DNA of 63,324 nt, the filler included, from Choristocarpus tenellus KU-1152 (Eukaryota; Protista; Phaeophyceae): the NCBI GenBank assembly GCA_964200185.2. It is 11 parts of 11 records of this genome, joined end to end, with 100 filler letters (N's around TTAATTAATTAA, not from the genome) between each part and the next. Parts side by side here need not be neighbours in the genome. Positions count along the whole stretch, not along the records: positions 29,160 to 32,040 come from CAXNAD020023956.1; positions 32,141 to 37,815 come from CAXNAD020010053.1; positions 37,916 to 47,783 come from CAXNAD020003320.1; 8 more parts are not named here. The stretch is one strand, 5' to 3'. The position numbers were made by a program, and so were the translations under genes. Positions 29,831-42,306 of the stretch are shown one piece after another. The notes beneath the pieces were generated by a model that was given only the letters and a program-made list of their open reading frames with translations, was not told the DNA's origin and ran no database searches. Each line of letters begins with the position of its first letter. Within the stretch, counting starts at the first letter, position 1.

Positions 29831-30218
29831 CTGTCTACAACCTCAATAGTGGCTGTGAGATCACCATACTCTGTCTTGAATCCAGGAGAAACCATATCAC
29901 GACCAACTACCCCAGCCTCAATGGCCTTGGGGCCCCCCAGGACTTTGACCCCTGCTGTCTGGAGTGCTTGCACTACCTGATAATGTTGACAAGAATAAAT
30001 AAACATAAAATGGGACAAAAAGGGGTGAAAGAGAGAGAGAGAAACTCACTTCCTTATGGCATGCCTGGGAGCGAGGGACAAGGAAAAGTGGGGGGGAGGG
30101 GGGGGGGGGGGGGGGGGAAAAAAACCCCGACACAAAAAAGGAAAAAAGAAAAGGGAAACCCGTTAGGCGGCGGAAGGGAAGTATTTTTNNNNNNNNNNGG
30201 GGGGGGGGGGGGGGAGGA

Positions 30219-30262
<44 letters not shown>

Positions 30263-30934
30263 AATATAGCACGACACCACAAGAGCAAGAAGTAACTGGA
30301 AAGCCCTGTAGCTGCCGTAAGGAAGTGAGTTTCTCTACAAATGGAGGATGTAGTACTTACATTCAAGAACACATAAGCCAGCTGCCGGATATGAGCGCAT
30401 ACCTGTTTAATACAGTGCAAACACTTCAACCTAGACTCAAGTCTAACAATGCTCCTAAGCCAAACTCTGACCCCACCCCTACCCCCACCGCAGACCCTAT
30501 CGATACGTGCGCTACTTCTTACACATTCAATGAGACTTTGTAGATAAAATGGCACAGGGGACCCAAGGGAGGAAATTCTACTCAGAAAAAAAAAAAATGA
30601 CTTTCGAGTGCTGAGAAAAAAAAAGACTAATCACACCAACACACTCTCCGCTTTGCTGTCACAAGGGGCACCTGAACAAGGGGATGCAAAGAGAGCACTT
30701 CATCACAGACCTAGCTTTCACTTCACACATGCACTGTACCTTCAAAAATGTTTGAGTCGAATCTGACAGGCAGTCCTTGTGGATCAAGATGGTCTCTGCG
30801 GCATTGCACCCAGCGGGGTAGTTGACCTTGGAGTCAACACATATGTCACACGCTTTCCTTAGGTCTGCTTCCTTGTCAACATAGACATGACAGATGCCCT
30901 CGGCATGCCCAAGAACAGGGATTTTAGTGGACGC
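29831..30934 (-). CDS. proA: Gamma-glutamyl phosphate reductase (ProA, or the GPR domain of P5CS), two internal exons
   Basis: Exon 30740-30934 encodes [20 protein letters not shown]...[18 protein letters not shown], including the catalytic Cys. Exon 29831-29976 encodes ...[20 protein letters not shown] borders, phases match. Mono- vs bifunctional enzyme cannot be told from this contig. Confidence 0.92.
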
Positions 30935-30956
30935 CTTAGAAGGTGCCCGATGGTTG

Positions 30957-30989
30957 GGGGTTAGGGTTAGGGTTAGGGTTAGGGTTGGG
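30957..30989 (-). repeat. Telomere-like (CCCTAA)4 just upstream of a proA splice acceptor
   Basis: GGGTTAGGGTTAGGGTTAGGGTTAGGGTTGGGG on + strand. Confidence 0.9.
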
Positions 30990-31966
30990 GTCAAGTCGTT
31001 GTCAGCATTTCTACCAACAAGAAAGAAATCAAGAGAGTTAAACAAGATCCAGTCTAGATGGCACACTACTAGTAAAAAGCGATTGGATATCACTGCAATA
31101 ATAATAATAATAACAATCATAATAATAAAAGTCTTCATGCATTGATTGCCACAAAAATACTTGCAAGGTTGGAGTGCCCAAGAAGATCGTCTCAGTCGTT
31201 AGGTCAGTTCCCTACATTGGAGATTCTGGCATCCCTCCCCACATTGCTGTGGACGGATGATCGGTTAATGTACAGACTGCAAATCTTCATCGTCTAAATT
31301 GGGACACTACAACAACACCAGAAGGACACAAATATCTCCCCAAGTACATTCCAGACATTCCAGATCTCACACCACGGTGAACTCCAGTGAGTGACAACAA
31401 AGTCAACTGCATCTTTCCAGGGCTTGCACCACAAAATTTGTCTGAGAAGCTCTTTTCCTGGACCCTTGGCATCACATAGGACATCGTACCATGGAGAGAG
31501 GTCTGTCTACCCTGGACTACCATGAGTACAACACAATGTAAACCAGACCTTCAAGAGTTGCAAGTCAAGCTTGTTCAACCAGACTATTAGTTAGAAGGTA
31601 TCCAGCCCTCCCAATCAACCACGTTCAAAATGATGAGGTGGAAACTCACCCCAGACACCAACCACCACCACCACAATGGCCGTGCCCCCCACAACCAGGA
31701 ACCAAGGTCCTAACCAACAGGCTACAAAAACATAGCCAAGGCAAAAGCCTCTTGTCAAAGATTGATGGAAACCCACTGCCTGCTCACTTGATACTCAAGA
31801 GTAAAAATAACATGTGCTACATACAGTTATAGTAGGTACAGCCGTTGGTTGGTGTTAGTCTAACAAACAACTACAAATAGTAGAGTAGGTGTTAAATTGA
31901 GTACAGATCCTGCTTCAAAGTAATACATACCAGGAGTACACCAATTAGTTACTGCTGGCCCATGGA

Positions 31967-32040
31967 GGCTCAAAGTATCTGGAGGGGGGGGGAGGGGGGG
32001 GGGAACAACACCAGGGGGTCCATTCAGGCCCTGACCAGGA
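31967..32040. mobile_element. Family B MITE end cut by gap (another TIR stub at 32141-32168)
   Basis: GGCTCAAAGTATCTGGAGGGG...CACCAGGGGGTCCATTC. Confidence 0.8.
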
Positions 32041-32169
32041 NNNNNNNNNNNNNNNNNNNNNNNNNNNNNNNNNNNNNNNNNNNNTTAATTAATTAANNNN
32101 NNNNNNNNNNNNNNNNNNNNNNNNNNNNNNNNNNNNNNNNCTCCCCCCCCCCCCAGATACGTTGACCCT

Positions 32170-32750
32170 GTTGCTTGACTGTTTCACCAGCCCAATATCT
32201 ATAACATACCAATGGTTAGTTGCGCTGTAATATTTTGAAGTAATTGACTTGGGTTTCAGTTATTCATTGCTTCGATGCATACAAAAACCTTCCTTGATCG
32301 TTTCACCAGCCCAATATCTGTATGATACCAATGGTGTCTTCAGTGCTAACGTTTTGAAGTGTTTTACGTAAGTGGCAGTTATGCATTACTTTGACGCGTC
32401 CAAAACGTCATTTGATTTTTCACTTGCTCAATATCGATAAGATACCAATAACAGCTTCAGCTGTAAAACACCAAGAAACATTCTGGATTTGTGTTAGTTA
32501 CACATTCCTAGGGACCCAAAACCGTTGTTTGACAGTTTCACCAATCCAACATCCATAAAATGTGAGATGTAAATAAATGTCAGTTACACATCCTGGAACT
32601 GTTGTTTGATCATTTCACCCCCCAAATATACGTAATATACCAATGGTGATTTGAACGGCACAAAATTTTGAAGCATTCCAAGTAAGAGTCAGTCACACAT
32701 TACTGAGATGGCTCTATAACCTTTCTCTGACTGTTCCACCAATCCAGTAG
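32170..32750. repeat. Degenerate about 118-bp tandem repeat (5 units plus a partial)
   Basis: Core TTTCACCARYCCAATATC...ATACCAATG...CAGTTA recurs at about 32182, 32301, 32418, 32536, 32613 (shortened unit) and 32733. Confidence 0.8.
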
Positions 32751-32814
32751 CATCATGGGCGATACAGCAGACACTGGAATGAACTGGGATAATCAACATA
32801 GGATTAGTTAACCC

Positions 32815-35800
32815 GCAAAATTGGTGGCTTTGAAGGAAATTATACTAGGTTTCAGGCGAAATTCATCTTGTTCTTGCACTCAAGGACCCCAGAATGTCTG
32901 TCTTATACCGTGATAAAACAAGGACAACGACTTGCAAGCACAAATGAATGCTTACGGGAGCAGGATACATATAATCAGAAAATTTATGCCACCACTGCTG
33001 TCAACTGGGAGGGTGCATTGTACACTCTGGTGAGACATTTTCGCCACAAATAGATGTCACGTGTCAAGCCTCTTCAAGGTTCGTACGAGTCCCATATGCG
33101 TGCAAGGACCACGCAACTTCATGACATTTTTCTGAACATGGAAGAAGGTGAAGACCCTGATGATTTGTTCTCGAGAGTAATCAATTTCCACAAAGAGCTC
33201 ACAGATTTGGGTAAAACAATATCGGAAGCTCGAATCAGTAGCATCGTAATATCTGGACTTTCACCAGAGTATAGATGCATCACAACAATTGTTCGTTCAA
33301 TGAAAGAGGTGACGCAAGGCAGGATAGTGAACTGATTCGTGGTTGCTTCTCCAATGATGATGGTACCACTGCTACTACAGGTGCATTGTTGAAGCCGAAG
33401 GGTTATGCAATCCAGGCTGGTGGAGTGAGATGGTAGCCAGATTTTTGCCTTAGTTGCCACCAACCACGACACAAGGTCGCTCAGTTCCGCGACAAGGCCC
33501 CAATAAAGCGGTGTTCACTTCGCAAGACTTCCTTGCACTCCATCGCAGAATGAAAATCTTAGCGGAATGGTCACAAGAGGGGATCACAATCTAGCGGAGG
33601 TGGAAGAAACTCATCAAAGTCAGAGGCTAGACCTAAGGTTTATTTCCGAGCTACTGCCACTCAAACCAATAAAGCAAGAACGACAACAACCAGCCTTGGA
33701 CATTGGAGAATTTCATATGGTTGTGAAGAATGAATTCTCCGATTACATGTTATAGACCCAGGACTCTTTCCTGGAGATATAAAGAGATGCCTCAAAACGT
33801 ACATGCCAAGAGAGCCACCCGAACATAAATTTAAGTTCTGGTGATAACACTATTCCTGCTACAGATAAAGGAGCCCTTGGCAGGGGATTCCGATGGTGAG
33901 TTTGTACCCATTACACTGGTTGTACTCGTAGTCCCTAAGCTGGGGTGTAATCTCTTCATCTCATCCATGGCACGACAGAAGTGTGTGGATATCCACCTGG
34001 CTGCCTCATCTAATCTTCTTCTTGGAGGAGTCCGTTTTAGTACACGCCTTTCTGATAGCTTTCCTTTTTCGATTGATCAGTAGAATAGGAACATCATCAC
34101 CATACACCTTTTGACGTATATATTGCCACGATGTATGCTATCTTGTGACACTGAAGACCGACCCACCTCAATGTTCAAGACATGTGTATGCTGGGCCAAA
34201 CCAAAGAAACAGGAGTACAATGCTAGAATGGTTATATGTCAGCCTTGTGTGTTGTTTGCTGTTGAACATAGGGCAATCCACTTGTCCACTACGTGGTATA
34301 TTATTACTACTCAACTACACTGGCAATAGTGTTTGTGCACAAGAGCGTATGTTCCCCTCACCAGAGCAGATTTGGTTCCAATAGACAATGACTCGAGCAT
34401 CCTGCTTTCTCTCCTATAACAATCTTGTTTCCATTGGTTTTGAGATGCACAAGTCACCCTAGTTTAACCTCTGTCATCTTTTACTCTCGCATTCATGGGA
34501 ATCTACCCTAGATGATAGTCACAGAGTCACATTCATCGTTCACCCATATTCAATGTGGATAAGACTCTGCTCGGAAGTATTACCCAGTCATCCTTTGCTG
34601 GGGAATACTCCTATTGACAGACCATTGTCATTCACTCTCATTCTAGGGACAAGGCCTTGTTCAGAGTATATTTGATTGGTCCTTCATCAAGGAATAATGC
34701 ATCTTTTACCGTATATAAGGGACAAGTCTCTGTTCAGATAATTATATTTGATTTTCCTTCATCGAGGAACAAGGCTCTCCATAGAGCACTGTTCACCCTT
34801 ACTCGAGGGACAGGACTCTACTCAGAGGATTTTTGAGATAATCAGACTAGAAGAACAAGGTCAGTGAAGGTTCCACCAAGGGATTTCTGGGTCATAATCT
34901 CTCAGGTTTTAATAAAGCCTGAGAGGGTTGTTTCTCTGGTGAGGAACAGCGAGGAAAAAGTATTATCTACGGTATACGGCAACGGCGCCCTAGTACTATT
35001 TCCTATACACGTAACGTTTCATAGAGTCTCCCCCTGGTCCGCCTTTCAAGAGCAATTTGGACGTTGAAAAGGATTGAATTGAAGAGACAGAAGCATTAAG
35101 ACTGAGATTGATCCTGCTTCAGAAGATACCGATACTGAACCCACTGACACACTAGACACTGTATCTATGACTCAACCAATTGTAGACAGTCGGCAGTAAA
35201 GGGCTTTTGCTTGTCTGAGAGACTATAACGAAACTCCCTCACGTGCAAATGTGGATATGGTTTTTATAAACATATTGATTGGAGAAGATGACAAAAAAAA
35301 ACACTCCATTTAGACAGCAACAATACTTTCTCGTATGATACCACTTCCTGAAGGAGCTCGTAGCTGAAGGATAAACGGTATTAGTACGTGTCAGGACTAA
35401 GACTATACTGGCAGGCTATTGACCAGGTTTGTGGAAGGAAAATTGTTCAAATAGCCAGGTAGTGTAGTTCATGGTTTAGTTCAAGATTTGACTATAGTGC
35501 TTAGATAGTTACTGACTTGAATTGTCGCTAGAGTGTTCTCGCCACAGGGGCATGTCATAAGCTTTAGGAGTATTGGAATAACAGCAAACATAGCGACAAT
35601 CAATGTTGCTGTGGCGTTACAGAAAGCATTGGTAGATGTCAAGGTCTAATACATGATGAAACTTGACAGAGTAATATCTTACTCTAGGACAAATTAAGTT
35701 CATTGGATGACAGTAACCTGCCATGGTGTATATTGGAGTAACCGTAATGATAGCCATTCAGAGTGGCACTTGCACTCTTTCGCTCTCTTCTCCACAACTA

Positions 35801-35900
35801 GATATGGACAGCAATGTAACAAACTCTTACAGCATGATCTACGACCTCTAAGACAGGTCAGTGCTTACTTATCCTGGGAGATAGGAAGGTGTACAATGTC
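32815..35900 (+). mobile_element. Degenerate Ty1/copia LTR-retrotransposon internal region
   Basis: Gag-like 'MEEGEDPDDLFSRV...ELTDLGKTISEARISSIVISGLSPEY' (33054-33335) and protease-region 'VLVVPKLGCNLFISS' (about 33920), then decayed pol-like sequence; boundaries approximate. Confidence 0.7.
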
Positions 35901-36205
35901 TTATTCCACCTTCAACAAGAAACTCATGTTTTCCCCTCACTGACTGTTGTCTCTGTATCACGAAGATTTTCTTTCTTCCCTCCTTTTGTGTATGGAGGGC
36001 CTGAAAGATTGAAATATATATATATATATTGTTCTGGAGTGGAGGAGTAGAATGCAACACCTTTGACAGGATAAGAACCGAAAATGACGACTAGGTCAAA
36101 ACCTTCCTGCTTCCACAAATTTCAATGGTAAGCTTAAGGCAGCTCATACTCTCTAGTCCTTGCTGCACACGATCCTATCCTCAGTCCATGGTACTGCCTA
36201 GCATG

Positions 36206-37625
36206 TCATACACGAAACCGTGGCACCAAAGATGGGGTTCTCCTCTTATACTCTTGGTATGCAGCAATGCTGCCATATTTCTTGTCGGCATTGACCTCTA
36301 GCAGAGGCGTGCTCATAAAGACCATAATGGCAACCTTGGTTCACAAGGGGGGGGGGGCGGCGGCGATAGGGGACGTTCAATTCGTGCAGCATGCAGGAAC
36401 AAGAAAAAGGCCCTCATTCAGAGATGTGAGAATACATCAAGAAATCAGCATGCTATGACATCACTCTGGTAGCAAGTGCCCGCATTCAGCTATTGTGATT
36501 GTGGTAGAATTGTTGAGACATTGGGGTAGGAGCTGATGGAATGGATTCAAACTCCCGTTGACAAAAAAAATCCTATGAAGGAGACCTGCTTGTCGAATAA
36601 TGAGCCCAATGCGTGTCCCCAAGCAAGGGGTACACAACTAAGAAATGCTACAAGTATCGTAAAATAGCTTCATCACAAAAAAAAAAACTCTTCTGACGTC
36701 CAAAACTCACCACAAACAGGGGTCCCAGAATAGCCATCCACCCACCCCTGGTTCCCAGCACACCCCGAGCACAAAAAATAAACATACCAAACCACAGAAC
36801 CTGTGATCGCAAGATACAGTACAACAGAGTAGAAACTGTTGGAGGAGTGATGAACACAGGTAGGTAGCTAGAGACAAAGAGTACAGGAAGGGCGGCATTG
36901 CCCGTAAACAGGGCGAAGAAGAAGGGAAGACAGGAGAGTGATTAATGAACGGAAACAGCTGCCAGAGAGGGGGGATAAGATGCCTCAACATGTTATACAA
37001 GCGAGTGTTGGGATATGCGATGAATTAGGTTCGGGTTGGCCCGGGTGGTGGCATACTAAGGGAAGGCTTGGAGTAGGGTCTTGGATGTGAAGGTTCAGAT
37101 CAAGGTGCTCAGGGCATCATCCAGGTGCATTATTGCTTGGTCTGTTGAGGTGGAGGGGGTGGTGGTGGGAGGAGAGGTCTATTTGCAAGCATGTTCGTCA
37201 TGGTTTCCCACTGTTGCATTAGGTAGCAAGCGACAAAGGAATAAATAGAGGTGAATACTGTCAGTCATTGATGGAGGGATGGGACTGCAAAGGTGCTGCG
37301 AGGTTGTTGAAGGTAGAAAAGACTGTGTAAATGCCAGGAGTCTCAGCAGTAATATCTGCAAGTAATGCTAAATCTGGAATACAAACGCCTACCAGCAATC
37401 GCAAAGTACTTCAAAGTGTCAAATATTTCTCATCTCTTTCATTTCATTTCAAAGCTCTGCACTTGATACAACACGTTCCACTATGAAAGACTCCCTGACT
37501 CGAGCACTTGCCATCTCTCCAAAGTAGTTGGGGTGTCGGCAATGCGACCAGAGGCCTGTGTCAATGAACTTCCCAGCATTGGCCTTGTCAAGGCGAAATG
37601 ACATCTTTTCCTCGTCTGCTACCAC
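36206..37625 (-). CDS. DUF1295 / steroid 5-alpha-reductase-like membrane protein, last three exons
   Basis: Exon 37512-37625: [10 protein letters not shown]...[21 protein letters not shown], with GC donor GCAAGT. Exon 36711-36800: VLWFGMF...ILGPLFV. Exon 36206-36334: ...[12 protein letters not shown]...[17 protein letters not shown]. All phase 0. Confidence 0.92.
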
Positions 37626-37915
37626 CTTCACAGGAATGAAACAGAGGGATGAGAAGGGTTTAGTCAAGTACAATGGCCTCTGCATCAAAGGCTGCAAAAC
37701 AAAAGAACAATGTACACTTTTGTAGACAGGAGATGGTGTATTGTCAGCAACACCTGGGTTGGCAATGCAGATGTCTCATATGAACTTCTTTGGGGCATGT
37801 GGCTTGAAGTATCTGNNNNNNNNNNNNNNNNNNNNNNNNNNNNNNNNNNNNNNNNNNNNTTAATTAATTAANNNNNNNNNNNNNNNNNNNNNNNNNNNNN
37901 NNNNNNNNNNNNNNN

Positions 37916-38053
37916 GGGTCAATTTTTTCATGTCGCGATTTTTGGGTGATTTAGTTGCATACATTATATAGATATTGTAAATGCACCTTTCCTGATTTTG
38001 ATCCAAATGGACACTCTGGTGTAGACCCCCACCCCTCCCAGATACTTTGGGTC
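37916..38053. mobile_element. MITE family B, partial (a TIR stub also at 37801-37815)
   Basis: B body ending CCCAGATACTTTGGGTC. Confidence 0.85.
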
Positions 38054-38309
38054 ATGGATCCCTCCTGGCACCAAGCAGTTCTCCAGATTATTCAACAGTG
38101 TGCCAGCTGGAAGATTTTACCTCAACGTGTCCAGTGGTCATATAGATACATAATCCAGAGTTCAACATACTTGACGCAGAAGGATCTTAGCAATGGTGCA
38201 AAGGTAGGGAGAGCAAGACATAAAAAGATCTACTACTTTATAGAGGTAGGTGCCGTTGAGAGTTCATTGCCCCTGTGACTCCCTTATATGATACATGAGT
38301 TTTGACCAT

Positions 38310-38567
38310 GAGCCAAAGTATGTTAGAGGGTAGAACCGTGTCCATTTCGGGGTCAAATTCCAATATTCCGATTTTGATGTAATTTTGACTATCATGTTTT
38401 TGAGGAAGTGTCAATATCCTTGTTCCGGACACACCTCTTCATAACGTGCAAATTTTACCTACTCCTAAACATATCGGAGTAGGAAAAAGTCATAAAACAC
38501 CTGTGGGAAGCCAAGTCCCAAATAGACAAACAGGGCAAAACTCGTACCCTCTAAGATACTTTCACTC
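38310..38567. mobile_element. MITE family A
   Basis: GAGCCAAAGTATG...AGATACTTTCACTC; CAT/CAT TSD. Confidence 0.93.
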
Positions 38568-39339
38568 CATCCTGAAGGACGATTTTGTACTTGATGTAGA
38601 CCTGCGTGTCTCTTCTCTTTCAAAGTTGCATCCTCCTCATGGGGGTAAGGTGCACTTCAGGCATCAGAATGAGGTGTCAGGCAGGACGTGTGAAACGCCC
38701 TAAATACTCAAACCAAAGTAGACTCCTCTCTAAGATAGAAGAACCAAAGGATGTGGAGTGCAAGACCGTCTTAATGAGAGTGGCTGATCATCCATCACAT
38801 TAGGGCAACAGAGGTATGTGTTTCACCCTAAATCCTTACGCATGAAAAGGGTTTAAAAGCAATGCTGACCATCCGACATGAACTTTTGTTCCTTCTTCTC
38901 GCCTCTCTCCAGGTAAAAAAAATCCTTCCCTCAGCCCAGTCCTGGAGCTCTGGAGGTAATTTCATGCGGCGCTTAACTTCAAACTTCCCAAGTTGATCTT
39001 GACTATGCAAAAGTCATCGTTCTATTCTCCAATTGAGGGTACAGAAGGGCTGGGCATTCTCTCCCTCTTGTACAATCTAAATCAAGAAGTGTCAGATGTG
39101 AACCTTTGACCCAACAGCCTTCATTGCATTCCACAGTTTCGCTTGCTCCACTCTTTCTGCTCAGCAGTCTTCAGCCCATCCCTGTCCATGGTAGACTATT
39201 CGACTCCATCCGACCCTTCTCCTTCCCTTGCCATCATCCTCTATGGGAGGGATGGCATATCAATAGGTGGGTCAACATTGTACTCATGTAGGTACGCACC
39301 CCCACCGGCCTCAAAGGGCACAGGTATGACTCATGGACT

Positions 39340-39609
39340 GAGTGAAAGTATCTTAGAGGGTACGAGTTTTGCCCTGTATGTCCTTGTAGGGCTTTGCTTC
39401 TCACAGGGTTTTTAATGACGTTTTCCCATTCTGAAATGTTTCAGAGTAGGTAAACCATGTATGTTCTGGAGTAGGTGTCATGTACATGTCCGGAACAAGG
39501 ATATTGACACTTCCTAGTAAACCCGATAGCCAATATTTTCATAAAAATAGCAACACTGGATTCTGGCCCCCAAATGGACACAGCTCTACCCTCTAAAATA
39601 CTTTCACTT
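39340..39609. mobile_element. MITE family A (variant with internal GAGTAGGT duplication)
   Basis: TIRs present; ACT/ACT TSD. Confidence 0.92.
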
Positions 39610-39896
39610 ACTCATAGAAGTGGATGCCACCTGTATTGACGGTGCTAGTATGGTTCATGCTATTAAAAAAAAATCATTCCAAAGTAGACAAATACTCCCC
39701 AGCAGAAACAACTGGATAGTTGGCGCCTTGACCTATGGCCTACATTCATCCCTTTTCAGTCAAAAGATAGCAATGGAATTGCTGTGATTGACAAGACTGA
39801 AGGATATATAAAAAAATGCATTCTAATACTATCCGCAGGAGGGCTCTCAGCCTTCTTCCTGTGCCAAAATTTCGCTATTTAACTTTCTTCAAAATA

Positions 39897-40157
39897 GAGT
39901 CAAAGTATCTTAGAGGGTAGAGCCGCTTCCATTTGGGGGTCAAAATCCAATGTTGCGATTTTGATGTAATTTTGGCGATTATGTTTGTTAGTAAGTGTTA
40001 ATATCTATCTTTCGGGCACACCTTTTCATAACATACACGTTTTACTTACTCCGAAACATTTTGGAGTAGGAAAATGTCATTAAAAAATACCCATGGGAAG
40101 CCAAGCCCCAAATGGACAAACAGGGCAAAACTCGTACCCTCTAAGATACTTTCATTC
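39897..40157. mobile_element. MITE family A
   Basis: TIRs present; AATA/AATA TSD. Confidence 0.93.
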
Positions 40158-42048
40158 AATAGAGTGACATCTGCATTTTGATGATCTTGGTTCAAATCTG
40201 GATGTCGAAGTTCTTTGAAAATAGTTTCATGTCTGGATTTGGCCTATCAACGATCTAGTAGATGTCGAATAGGGGTCTTTCAAAAGTCCACCAGTGGCTA
40301 GGGTGAGTAAACATCGTACAAAGAACCCAGAATCCGCTCGGATCTGTCAAGTTCAGAGTCAGAGTATTCCAATGACACTTTGGTTGAAGAAATTAACGTT
40401 GCCTATTTTTGCGAATAAATTGATGTAGATAGATGGTGGTTTATCCTAAATATTGTGCTACATGGACCATAAGCCCACTCCCAGGTGCATCTTTGCAGGG
40501 CACACACAAACAGGATGGCCATATTTTGTCCATGGAGAACAAAGTGCACAACAATGGACGGAGTGAAGTCTTCTGTTGCTAAGATATTAAGAGGACTCAA
40601 AACCTGTGATCGGTGAAATCAGATGTCAGACACTATATCAAACACGATCCCTGCTTGGCGGTTCATTATACCTTCCCCACCTGCAACAATGTAAGTTGTC
40701 GTGCCATTTCTAAGTCTGGTGACATTCTTGAGGAGTACAAGGGGTCAAATTATCTTGTCCTCCGAAAGGGAGAGTGGCACCTGGACCAAATTGCAGTTGG
40801 TCCTCTCTATGTTGTTGCCCTTCGTCTCTCCTGGCTGATGCAATGGATTACTGTCTAAAATACTTTCTTCTCATTCACCACATTTCTTCTTACAGGAGGA
40901 GAGCACTACAAAATTGGTTGATGGCATCCAATCAAGTCTTGATGAATAAAAGCTCCAAATTTCCCATAACCAGAAGGTGAACCCTTTGTTTCTCAACCAA
41001 CTATTCCCTTTGTGTTTATTGGATCTGACAATATTCGTGGAAACTCCAAACTTCAGTATCTTGGATGTTGCAAAGCCATCACCTTCCATCTTCAATAAGA
41101 AGTCCTTCTTGGAGGCGCTCTCCCTCTTGGAAAGCTGTTCCTTTCCCTTTTCCTCTTCCTTGACACCCCTCTAATCGTATCAGTTGCGCCCACAGCGATG
41201 TTGGTGCAGGGGCACGCAGGTAAGAGACAAGAAAGCCGGGGATACACATGATCACTTCGATTTTTTTTTAACGTAGCTCACACTCTGATGCATATGCCAA
41301 GGAAGGCATGCGCAAATGAATCCACATCTGTAAAAAGAAAAGGTTCAATTCGCCGCTATATATCAGTAGGATCCTCATATAGAGACTGTGGTTCTAGGCT
41401 GTGTGACGCTAGACTGTACGCATCCCATTTTAATTTCAGCTCTAAGACGACATTTCGTGACTAGAGAAGCTAAGGGAAACAAAAGTGTGAGATAAAATCT
41501 CACCAACTCTGGCATGCTGATAGAAATGTCCCAATGGTCGATTCTGTCCATATTGTCAGGGTATGCTATCTGTCTGGAACCCTGTAGATATATTATCCCC
41601 TACTCACCCAACATTGGAAAAAGAACTATGTGCCCACATTCAAAAGATGGTTGAACCCCCTTCCGCCTTGGGTGAAACATTCCAGACAAGTACCCTCAGG
41701 CCCTTTTCCAATTTCCTCTCAAGACCTTCAAAGCAAAACCTTCTTCACAAACCAAAAAGGGGTACTTTCCTAAGAAAAAAACTCTGTGAGGCATGATAAC
41801 ATCTTCTTTGAAAGGGTTAATGCTCACAACTTGATCAAGAAGCTCTGATCAAGTTCTTCTGTCAAGGATGTGTCTTGACTGGGAACAAGGGAGAATACAA
41901 ATCACTCCTTGGTGCAAGTCAGGTTGAGATAGACACCCGGGTTCTTGAGGCTTAGCCAAGCAAGGACCCAAGAATTGCCTTTAGGTTGTATTCTTGGCCT
42001 ATCAGACAGTTCAAGGCGGTCATTACTGGCTTAAGTGATTAAATTCAT

Positions 42049-42306
42049 GAGTGAAAGCAATTAAGAGATTATATCCGTGTCCGTTTGGGATCATAAATCT
42101 AATGTTGCGGTTTTTACTAATTTTGGCTATATTTTTTGTTAGCAAGTTCAATATCCTTGCTTCGGACACATCTTTCATAGTTGGATATATTTTAGGTAAC
42201 TGTGTTCACACAGAAAACCGAAGAAGGGCATAAAAAACAAAGTAGGAAGCCAAGCCCCAAACGGTTAAACAGGGCAATATTCCTACCCTCTTCAATGCTT
42301 TGAGTC
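42049..42306. mobile_element. MITE family A, diverged
   Basis: Degenerate TIRs; CAT/CAT TSD. Confidence 0.85.

Noticed and set aside
30080-30262. Poly-Pro/poly-Gly ORFs 29918-30555
   Set aside because: Poly-G low-quality sequence around a 10-N gap inside a proA intron
38310-38567. MITEs as introner-like self-removing introns
   Set aside because: Termini are GAG...CTC or GGC...GTC rather than GT...AG, and no copy interrupts an exon of the host genes I modelled
40200-41950. Decayed coding-like sequence
   Set aside because: No recognisable motif in any frame
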